12,830 nucleotides of DNA from Selaginella moellendorffii. Taxonomy: Eukaryota; Plantae; Lycopodiophyta. Each line of letters begins with the position of its first letter. The stretch's first letter is position 1. The stretch spans positions 1 to 12,830 of the forward strand of contig NW_003314561.1 of assembly GCF_000143415.4 (NCBI RefSeq), written 5' to 3'. Under the pieces are notes generated by a model. That model did not search any database. It saw only the letters and a list, made by a program, of their open reading frames with translations, and was not told where the DNA came from. A program made the position numbers and the translations under genes. Positions 1 to 7,619 of the stretch are shown piece after piece.

Positions 1-38
1 AACCCTAAAATGTGTTAAACCTAAATCCGCCCGTTACG

Positions 39-57
39 TGGTACCAATTTGGTACCA
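39..57. repeat. Perfect palindrome TGGTACCAA-T-TTGGTACCA in spacer haplotype A (units 1, 2, 3, 6, 7, 9)
   Basis: 9-bp arms around one base, read directly. Haplotype B units have TGGTTCCAA-T-TTGGTATCA. Confidence 0.85.
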
Positions 58-90
58 GAGAGACTAGTTGACTGTTTTAATTTTCCTTAG

Positions 91-96
91 TTTATT
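91..96 (-). terminator. Candidate polyadenylation signal AATAAA in an A-rich tract downstream of the ORF
   Basis: The plus strand reads TTTATT at 91-96 inside a T-rich tract. Present in most spacers; changed to a T-run in unit 8. Confidence 0.3.
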
Positions 97-261
97 TTCA
101 AACAGATGAACTGCGAGATGGGACTTCAACTCAAAACATGTTGGAAGATCCAGATTCCTTGCTGGCTACAAGTTGTTGTAAGCTAAATGAATGCTAATCC
201 GTAGGAAGAGTTTTTCTTCCTGGCTAACTAGAGAACCTAACTGAAACTCTGGATAACTAAT

Positions 262-1122
262 TTACCGATAGAGAGAGTTTGAAGAGCTTGAAAACCTGTA
301 ATGTGGTTTTGGAAATTCTTGGTTATTGGTAGGCTTGTAAAGGCTCTGGGTGAACCAGATAACCTTTAGTGTATGAGCTCCACAGATCTCATACACCCTC
401 TGCTCCGACCACGAGTCGGGAGCTGTGGCACTTGCTGCTATGCGCTTGGCAACGAGGCTTGACAGGAATGCCTTGGCGTTCTTTTCACCAAGGTGCCCCA
501 CACCAACTGGCTGCCACTGCTCAACGTCTGCGTTACTCTGGAACCACTGCCAAAAAAAGTCGTCGCAGGTGGACATAATCACAACCCCAGTCCAGTCTTG
601 CTTGGTCATGGCTGGGAAACATCCCAGGAGGGTGCCTACATCCTGGTCGGACCACCGCTTCAGCCTGTCAACTTCATCGATGACAAAAATTGGCCTCCTA
701 TGCTGGTTTTCAGCCGCTAGGCTCATAAACCAACTCATGACAGAGCCCAAGTCCTTCACTGGCTCCGCTTTTAACAGCTCTAGAAAGCTCGATGCATCAA
801 GGTTTACGCCCTTGAACGTCAGCTTCTTCATATTGACATTGACACCTCCGATCGTCTTCAAAAGGGCCGCTGCCACATCTTTGAGCCAAGAAGCCCAAGC
901 TCGCATCTGTCTTGCAATCTGTGCAGCAGCCAGCTCCGGGGAACTGAAGTCCGCAGCCCTCATGTCCATGTAGAAGAGCGGCAACTGGGCTTTCAGCAGA
1001 GGGTTGGCATCCCACATCTTCCTGAGCTGCTTGAGCAGAGCAGACTTGCCTGAATTGTTGGGGCCTATCACTACAGCGATGCAGTTGAAGCCTTCCTCAA
1101 TATGTGTGAGCAGATCAGTCAT
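262..1122 (-). CDS. P-loop NTPase (ATPase_2/STAND-like), copy 1, L-type, N-terminally truncated by frameshift (286 aa from internal ATG)
   Basis: Walker A GPNNSGKS, Walker B IFVIDEVD, downstream VVIMST strand, LGEKNAKAFL helix and VYEICGAH motif. The upstream ATG at 1229 is out of frame because of the +32 bp insertion; may be a pseudogene. Confidence 0.65.
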   Translation of the reverse strand: MTDLLTHIEEGFNCIAVVIGPNNSGKSALLKQLRKMWDANPLLKAQLPLFYMDMRAADFSSPELAAAQIARQMRAWASWLKDVAAALLKTIGGVNVNMKKLTFKGVNLDASSFLELLKAEPVKDLGSVMSWFMSLAAENQHRRPIFVIDEVDRLKRWSDQDVGTLLGCFPAMTKQDWTGVVIMSTCDDFFWQWFQSNADVEQWQPVGVGHLGEKNAKAFLSSLVAKRIAASATAPDSWSEQRVYEICGAHTLKVIWFTQSLYKPTNNQEFPKPHYRFSSSSNSLYR

Positions 1123-1156
1123 CTCTTCGTGCCTATCAAAGAAGAAATGACTGATC
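1113..1156. repeat. Inverted repeat: 16-bp stem (1 mismatch) with 12-nt loop, specific to L-type units
   Basis: GATCAGTCATCTCTTC (1113-1128) pairs with GAAGAAATGACTGATC (1141-1156). Also at 3555, 4792, 7234, 8471 and 10913. Confidence 0.9.
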
Positions 1157-1203
1157 GTCGTCGTTGAGCGACTTCTTCGTCATCATCATTGAGCGACTTC
1201 TTC
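1155..1203. repeat. ~25-bp direct duplication specific to L-type units
   Basis: TCGTCGTCGTTGAGCGACTTCTTC followed by G-TCATCATCATTGAGCGACTTCTTC; S-type units have only one copy. Confidence 0.92.
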
Positions 1204-1236
1204 AGCTCCCTCACCGCTTCAGCCGCCATAGCCGCC

Positions 1237-1246
1237 AAACCCTAAA
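1237..1246 (+). promoter_or_regulatory. Telo-box-like motif AAACCCTAAA just upstream of the gene ATG in each unit
   Basis: Exact AAACCCTAA, 8 nt from the ATG at 1229, with a degenerate AAACCTAAA nearby. Function is inferred; it could instead be a TTTTAG|G splice acceptor on the minus strand. Confidence 0.35.
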
Positions 1247-1498
1247 ATGTGTTAAACCTAAAGTCGCCCGTTACGTGGTACCAATTTGGTACCAGAGAGA
1301 CTAGTTGACTGTTTTAATTTTCTTTAGTTTATTTTCAAACAGATGAACTGCGAGATGGGACTTCAACTCAAAACATGTTGGAAGATCCAGATTCCTTGCT
1401 GGCTACAAGTTGTTGTAAGCTAAATGAATGCTAATCCGTAGGAAGAGTTTTTCTTCCTGGCTAACTAGAGAACCTAACTGAAACTCTAGAGAACTAAT

Positions 1499-2434
1499 TT
1501 ACCGATAGAGAGAGTTTGAAGAGCTTGAAAACCTGTAATGTGGTTTTGGAAATTCTTGGTTATTGGTAGGCTTGTAAAGGCTCTGGGTGAACCAAATAAC
1601 CTTTAGTGTATGAGCTCCATAGATCTCATACACCCTCTGCTCCGACCACGAGTCGGGAGCTGTGGCACTTGCTGCTATGCACTTGGCAACGAGGCTTGAC
1701 AGGAATGCCTTGGCGTTCTTTTCACCAAGGTGCCCCACACCAACTGGCTGCCACTTCTCAACGTCTGCGTGACTCTGGAACCACTGCCAAAAAAAGTCGT
1801 CGCAGGTGGACATAATCACAACCCCAGTCCAGTCTTGCTTGGTCATGGCTGGGAAACATCCTAGAAGGGTGCCTACATCCTGGTCGGACCACCGCTTTAG
1901 CCTGTCAGCTTCATCGATGACAAAAATTGGCCTCCTATGCTGGTTTTCAGCCGCTAGGCTCATAAACCAACTCATGACAGAGCCCAAGTCCTTCACTGGC
2001 TCCGCTTTTAACAGCTCTAGAAAGCTCGATGCATCAAGGTTTACGCCCTTGAACGTCAGCTTCTTCAGATTGACACAGACACCTCCGATCGTCTTTAGAA
2101 GGGCCGCTGCCACATCTTTGAGCCAAGAAGCCCAAGCTCGCATCTGTCTTGCAATCTGTGCAGCAGCCAGCTCCGCGGAACTGAAGTCCGCAGCCCTCAT
2201 GTCCATGTAGAAGAGCGGCAACTGGGCTTTCAGCAGAGGGTTGGCATCCCACATCTTCCTGAGCTGCTTGAGCAGAGCAGACTTGCCTGAATATTTGGGG
2301 CCTATCACTACAGCGATGCGGTTGAAGCCTTCCTCAATATGTGTGAGTAGATCAGTCATCTCTTCGTGCCTATCAATGAAACCCTCGTCGACGTTGAGCA
2401 ACTTCTTCAGCTCCCTCACCGCTTCAGCCGCCAT
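1499..2434 (-). CDS. P-loop NTPase (ATPase_2/STAND-like), copy 2, S-type full length (311 aa from ATG; ORF track extends to a TTG at 2443)
   Basis: FIDRHEE pre-Walker A motif, Walker A GPKYSGKS, Walker B IFVIDEAD, uninterrupted frame. Confidence 0.78.
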   Translation of the reverse strand: MAAEAVRELKKLLNVDEGFIDRHEEMTDLLTHIEEGFNRIAVVIGPKYSGKSALLKQLRKMWDANPLLKAQLPLFYMDMRAADFSSAELAAAQIARQMRAWASWLKDVAAALLKTIGGVCVNLKKLTFKGVNLDASSFLELLKAEPVKDLGSVMSWFMSLAAENQHRRPIFVIDEADRLKRWSDQDVGTLLGCFPAMTKQDWTGVVIMSTCDDFFWQWFQSHADVEKWQPVGVGHLGEKNAKAFLSSLVAKCIAASATAPDSWSEQRVYEIYGAHTLKVIWFTQSLYKPTNNQEFPKPHYRFSSSSNSLYR

Positions 2435-2703
2435 AGCCGCCAAACCCTAAAATGTGTTAAACCTAAAGTCGCCCGTTACGTGGTACCAATTTGGTACCAG
2501 AGAGACTAGTTGACTGTTTTAATTTTCCTTAGTTTATTTTCAAACAGATGAACTGCGAGATGGGACGTCAACTCAAAACATGTTGGAAGATCCAGATTCC
2601 TTGCTGGCTACAAGTTGTTGTAAGCTAAATGAATGCTAATCCGTAGGAAGAGTTTTTCTTCCTGGCTAACTAGAGAACCTAACTGAAACTCTGGAGAACT
2701 AAT

Positions 2704-3564
2704 TTACCGATAGAGAGAGTTTGAAGAGCTTGAAAACCTGTAATGTGGGTTTGGAAATTCTTGGTTATTGGTAGGCTCGTAAAGGCTCTGGGTGAACCAG
2801 ATAACCTTTAGTGTATGAGCTCCACAGATCTCATACACCCTCTGCTCCGACCACGAGTCGGGAGCTGTGGCACTTGCTGCTATGCGCTTGGCAACGAGGC
2901 TTGACAGGAATGCCTTGGCGTTCTTTTCACCAAGGTGCCCCACACCAACTGGCTGCCACTGCTCAACGTCTGCGTTACTCTGGAACCACTGCCAAAAATA
3001 GTCGTCGCAGGTGGACATAATCACAACCCCAGTCCAGTCTTGCTTGGTCATGGCTGGGAAACATCCCAGGAGGGTGCCTACATCCTGGTCGGACCACCGC
3101 TTCAGCCTGTCAACTTCATCGATGACAAAAATTGGCCTCCTATGCTGGTTTTCAGCCGCTAGGCTCATAAACCAACTCATGACAGAGCCCAAGTCCTTCA
3201 CTGGCTCCGCTTTTAACAGCTCTAGAAAGCTCGATGCATCAAGGTTTACGCCCTTGAACGTCAGCTTCTTCAGATTGACATTGACACCTCCAATCGTCTT
3301 CAGAAGGGCCGCTGCCACATCTTTGAGCCAAGAAGCCCAAGCTCGCATCTGTCTTGCAATCTGTGCAGCAGCCAGCTCCGGGGAACTGAAGTCCGCAGCC
3401 CTCATGTCCATGTAGAAGAGCGGCAACTGGGCTTTCAGCAGAGGGTTGGCATCCCACATCTTCCTGAGCTGCTTGAGCAGAGCAGACTTGCCTGAATTGT
3501 TGGGGCCTATCACTACAGCGATGCAGTTGAAGCTTTCCTCAATATGTGTGAGCAGATCAGTCAT
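2704..3564 (-). CDS. P-loop NTPase, copy 3, L-type (286 aa, frameshifted N-terminus)
   Basis: Walker A GPNNSGKS and Walker B IFVIDEVD; +32 bp insertion upstream of MTDLL. Confidence 0.65.
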   Translation of the reverse strand: MTDLLTHIEESFNCIAVVIGPNNSGKSALLKQLRKMWDANPLLKAQLPLFYMDMRAADFSSPELAAAQIARQMRAWASWLKDVAAALLKTIGGVNVNLKKLTFKGVNLDASSFLELLKAEPVKDLGSVMSWFMSLAAENQHRRPIFVIDEVDRLKRWSDQDVGTLLGCFPAMTKQDWTGVVIMSTCDDYFWQWFQSNADVEQWQPVGVGHLGEKNAKAFLSSLVAKRIAASATAPDSWSEQRVYEICGAHTLKVIWFTQSLYEPTNNQEFPNPHYRFSSSSNSLYR

Positions 3565-3940
3565 CTCTTCGTGCCTATCAAAGAAGAAATGACTGATCGT
3601 CGTCGTTGAGCGACTTCTTCGTCATCATCATTGAGCGACTTCTTCAGCTCCCTCACCGCTTCAGCCACCATAGCCGCCAAACCCTAAAATGTGTTAAACC
3701 TAAAGTCGCCCGTTACGTGGTTCCAATTTGGTATCAGAGAGACTAGTTGACTTTTTTTATTTTTTTTAGTTTATTTTCAAACAGATGAGCTGTGAAATGG
3801 GACATCAACTCAAAACATGTTGGAAGATCCAGATTCCTTGCTGGCTACAAGTTGTTGTAAGCTAAACAAATGCTAATCTGTAGGAAGAGTTTTTCTTCCT
3901 GGCTAACTAGAGAACCTGACTGAAACTCTGGATAACTAAT

Positions 3941-4801
3941 TTACCGATAGAGAGAGTTTGAAGAGCTTGAAAACCTGTAATGTGGGTTTGGAAATTCTTG
4001 GTTATTGGTAGGCTCGTAAAGGCTCTGGGTGAACCAGATAACCTTTAGTGTATGAGCTCCACAGATCTCATACACCCTCTGCTCCGACCACGAGTCGGGA
4101 GCTGTGGCACTTGCTGCTATGCGCTTGGCAACGAGGCTTGACAGGAATGCCTTGGCGTTCTTTTCACCAAGGTGCCCCACACCAACTGGCTGCCACTGCT
4201 CAACGTCTGCGTTACTCTGGAACCACTGCCAAAAATAGTCGTCGCAGGTGGACATAATCACAACCCCAGTCCAGTCTTGCTTGGTCATGGCTGGGAAACA
4301 TCCCAGGAGGGTGCCTACATCCTGGTCGGACCACCGCTTCAGCCTGTCAACTTCATCGATGACAAAAATTGGCCTCCTATGCTGGTTTTCAGCCGCTAAG
4401 CTCATAAACCAACTCATGACAGAGCCCAAGTCCTTCACTGGCTCCGCTTTTAACAGCTCTAGAAAGCTCGATGCATCAAGGTTTACGCCCTTGAACGTCA
4501 GCTTCTTCAGATTGACATTGACACCTCCAATCGTCTTCAGAAGGGCCGCTGCCACATCTTTGAGCCAAGAAGCCCAAGCTCGCATCTGTCTTGCAATCTG
4601 TGCAGCAGCCAGCTCCGGGGAACTGAAGTCCGCAGCCCTCATGTCCATGTAGAAGAGCGGCAACTGGGCTTTCAGCAGAGGGTTGGCATCCCACATCTTC
4701 CTGAGCTGCTTGAGCAGAGCAGACTTGCCTGAATTGTTGGGGCCTATCACTACAGCGATGCAGTTGAAGCCTTCCTCAATATGTGTGAGCAGATCAGTCA
4801 T
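3941..4801 (-). CDS. P-loop NTPase, copy 4, L-type (286 aa, frameshifted N-terminus)
   Basis: Same motifs; differs from the copy 3 protein by one residue (EEG vs EES). Confidence 0.65.
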   Translation of the reverse strand: MTDLLTHIEEGFNCIAVVIGPNNSGKSALLKQLRKMWDANPLLKAQLPLFYMDMRAADFSSPELAAAQIARQMRAWASWLKDVAAALLKTIGGVNVNLKKLTFKGVNLDASSFLELLKAEPVKDLGSVMSWFMSLAAENQHRRPIFVIDEVDRLKRWSDQDVGTLLGCFPAMTKQDWTGVVIMSTCDDYFWQWFQSNADVEQWQPVGVGHLGEKNAKAFLSSLVAKRIAASATAPDSWSEQRVYEICGAHTLKVIWFTQSLYEPTNNQEFPNPHYRFSSSSNSLYR

Positions 4802-5177
4802 CTCTTCGTGCCTATCAAAGAAGAAATGACTGATCGTCGTCGTTGAGCGACTTCTTCGTCATCATCATTGAGCGACTTCTTCAGCTCCCTCACCGCTTCA
4901 GCCGCCATAGCCGCCAAACCCTAAAATGTGTTAAACCTAAAGTCGCCCGTTACGTGGTTCCAATTTGGTATCAGAGAGACTAGTTGACTTTTTTTATTTT
5001 TTTTAGTTTATTTTCAAACAGATGAGCTGTGAAATGGGACGTCAACTCAAAACATGTTGGAAGATCCAGATTCCTTGCTGGCTACAAGTTGTTGTAAGCT
5101 AAACAAATGCTAATCTGTAGGAAGAGTTTTTCTTCCTGGCTAACTAGAGAACCTGACTGAAACTCTGGATAACTAAT

Positions 5178-6113
5178 TTACCGATAGAGAGAGTTTGAAG
5201 AGCTTGAAAACCTGTAATGTGGGTTTGGAAATTCTTGGTTATTGGTAGGCTCGTAAAGGCTCTGGGTGAACCAGATAACCTTTAGTGTATGAGCTCCATA
5301 GATCTCATACACCCTCTGCTCCGACCACGAGTCGGGAGCTGTGGCACTTGCTGCTATGCGCTTGGCAACGAGGCTTGACAGGAATGCCTTGGCGTTCTTT
5401 TCACCAAGGTGCCCCACACCAACTGGCTGCCACTGCTCAACGTCTGCGTTACTCTGGAACCACTGCCAAAAATAGTCGTCGCAGGTGGACATAATCACAA
5501 CCCCAGTCCAGTCTTGCTTGGTCATGGCTGGGAAACATCCCAGGAGGGTGCCTACATCCTGGTCGGACCACCGCTTCAGCCTGTCAACTTCATCGATGAC
5601 AAAAATTGGCCTCCTATGCTGGTTTTCAGCCGCTAGGCTCATAAACCAACTCATGACAGAGCCCAAGTCCTTCACTGGCTCCGCTTTTAACAGCTCTAGA
5701 AAGCTCGATGCATCAAGGTTTACGCCCTTGAACGTCAGCTTCTTCAGATTGACACAGACACCTCCGATCGTCTTTAGAAGGGCCGCTGCCACATCTTTGA
5801 GCCAAGAAGCCCAAGCTCGCATCTGTCTTGCAATCTGTGCAGCAGCCAGCTCCGCGGAACTGAAGTCCGCAGCCCTCATGTCCATGTAGAAGAGCGGCAA
5901 CTGGGCTTTCAGCAGAGGGTTGGCATCCCACATCTTCCTGAGCTGCTTGAGCAGAGCAGACTTGCCTGAATATTTGGGGCCTATCACTACAGCGATGCGG
6001 TTGAAGCCTTCCTCAATATGTGTGAGTAGATCAGTCATCTCTTCGTGCCTATCAATGAAACCCTCGTCGTCGTTGAGCAACTTCTTCAGCTCCCTCACCG
6101 CTTCAGCCGCCAT
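5178..6113 (-). CDS. P-loop NTPase, copy 5, S-type full length (311 aa from ATG)
   Basis: FIDRHEE, Walker A GPKYSGKS, Walker B IFVIDEVD; uninterrupted frame. Confidence 0.78.
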   Translation of the reverse strand: MAAEAVRELKKLLNDDEGFIDRHEEMTDLLTHIEEGFNRIAVVIGPKYSGKSALLKQLRKMWDANPLLKAQLPLFYMDMRAADFSSAELAAAQIARQMRAWASWLKDVAAALLKTIGGVCVNLKKLTFKGVNLDASSFLELLKAEPVKDLGSVMSWFMSLAAENQHRRPIFVIDEVDRLKRWSDQDVGTLLGCFPAMTKQDWTGVVIMSTCDDYFWQWFQSNADVEQWQPVGVGHLGEKNAKAFLSSLVAKRIAASATAPDSWSEQRVYEIYGAHTLKVIWFTQSLYEPTNNQEFPNPHYRFSSSSNSLYR

Positions 6114-6382
6114 AGCCGCCAAACCCTAAAATGTGTTAAACCTAAAGTCGCCCGTTACGTGGTACCAATTTGGTACCAGAGAGACTAGTTGACTGTTTTA
6201 ATTTTCCTTAGTTTATTTTCAAACAGATGAACTGCGAGATGGGACTTCAACTCAAAACATGTTGGAAGATCCAGATTCCTTGCTGGCTACAAGTTGTTGT
6301 AAGCTAAATGAATGCTAATCCGTAGGAAGAGTTTTTCTTCCTGGCTAACTAGAGAACCTAACTGAAACTCTAGAGAACTAAT

Positions 6383-7243
6383 TTACCGATAGAGAGAGTT
6401 TGAAGGGCTTGAAAACCTGTAATGTGGGTTTGGAAATTCTTGGTTATTGGTAGGCTCGTAAAGGCTCTGGGTGAACCAGATAACCTTTAGTGTATGAGCT
6501 CCATAGATCTCATACACCCTCTGCTCCGACCACGAGTCGGGAGCTGTGGCACTTGCTGCTATGCGCTTGGCAACGAGGCTTGACAGGAATGCCTTGGCGT
6601 TCTTTTCACCAAGGTGCCCCACACCAACTGGCTGCCACTGCTCAACGTCTGTGTTACTCTGGAACCACTGCCAAAAATAGTCGTCGCAGGTGGACATAAT
6701 CACAACCCCAGTCCAGTCTTGCTTGGTCATGGCTGGGAAACATCCCAGGAGGGTGCCTACATCCTGGTCGGACCACCGCTTCAGCCTGTCAACTTCATCG
6801 ATGACAAAAATTGGCCTCCTATGCTGGTTTTCAGCCGCTAGGCTCATAAACCAACTCATGACAGAGCCCAAGTCCTTCACTGGCTCCGCTTTTAACAGCT
6901 CTAGAAAGCTCGATGCATCAAGGTTTACGCCCTTGAACGTCAGCTTCTTCAGATTGACACTGACACCTCCGATCGTCTTCAGAAGGGCCGCTGCCACATC
7001 TTTGAGCCAAGAAGCCCAAGCTCGCATCTGTCTTGCAATCTGTGCAGCAGCCAGCTCCGGGGAACTGAAGTCCGCAGCCCTCATGTCCATGTAGAAGAGC
7101 GGCAACTGGGCTTTCAGCAGAGGGTTGGCATCCCACATCTTCCTGAGCTGCTTGAGCAGAGCAGACTTGCCTGAATTGTTGGGGCCTATCACTACAGCGA
7201 TGCGGTTGAAGCTTTCCTCAATATGTGTGAGCAGATCAGTCAT
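6383..7243 (-). CDS. P-loop NTPase, copy 6, L-type (286 aa, frameshifted N-terminus)
   Basis: Walker A and B intact; +32 bp insertion upstream. Confidence 0.65.
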   Translation of the reverse strand: MTDLLTHIEESFNRIAVVIGPNNSGKSALLKQLRKMWDANPLLKAQLPLFYMDMRAADFSSPELAAAQIARQMRAWASWLKDVAAALLKTIGGVSVNLKKLTFKGVNLDASSFLELLKAEPVKDLGSVMSWFMSLAAENQHRRPIFVIDEVDRLKRWSDQDVGTLLGCFPAMTKQDWTGVVIMSTCDDYFWQWFQSNTDVEQWQPVGVGHLGEKNAKAFLSSLVAKRIAASATAPDSWSEQRVYEIYGAHTLKVIWFTQSLYEPTNNQEFPNPHYRFSSPSNSLYR

Positions 7244-7619
7244 CTCTTCGTGCCTATCAAAGAAGAAATGACTGATCGTCGTCGTTGAGCGACTTCTTCG
7301 TCATCATCATTGAGCGACTTCTTCAGCTCCCTCACCGCTTCAGCCGCCATAGCCGCCAAACCCTAAAATGTGTTAAACCTAAAGTCGCCCGTTACGTGGT
7401 ACCAATTTGGTACCAGAGAGACTAGTTGACTGTTTTAATTTTCCTTAGTTTATTTTCAAACAGATGAACTGCGAGATGGGACGTCAACTCAAAACATGTT
7501 GGAAGATCCAGATTCCTTGCTGGCTACAAGTTGTTGTAAGCTAAATGAATGCTAATCCGTAGGAAGAGTTTTTCTTCCTGGCTAACTAGAGAACCTAACT
7601 GAAACTCTGGAGAACTAAT

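Noticed and set aside
1-25. Telomeric tract
   Set aside because: Only one CCCTAAA and one degenerate copy per unit, not a tandem telomere array; kept only as a telo-box-like motif.
369-973. Plus-strand ORFs of 69, 75, 134 and 182 aa, repeated in each unit
   Set aside because: Antisense shadows of the NTPase ORF, mostly with GTG/TTG starts and no recognisable motifs. They recur only because the unit is repeated, and several are broken in some copies.
797-1015. 72-aa Cys-rich minus-strand ORF (MGCQPSAES...) nested in an alternative frame
   Set aside because: Lies wholly within the NTPase CDS and the Cys spacing matches no domain I recognise. Near-identical copies cannot demonstrate conservation.
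1902-1919. DEAD-box helicase call from the 'DEAD' residues in copies 2, 7, 8, 9 and 10
   Set aside because: This is the Walker B of a small NTPase (DEVD in other copies). Helicase motifs such as SAT and HRIGR and a second RecA domain are absent.
2435-2443. TTG start giving 314 aa, as in the ORF track
   Set aside because: There is no Shine-Dalgarno sequence and the context appears eukaryotic; an in-frame ATG in good context (GCTATGGCG) lies three codons downstream.
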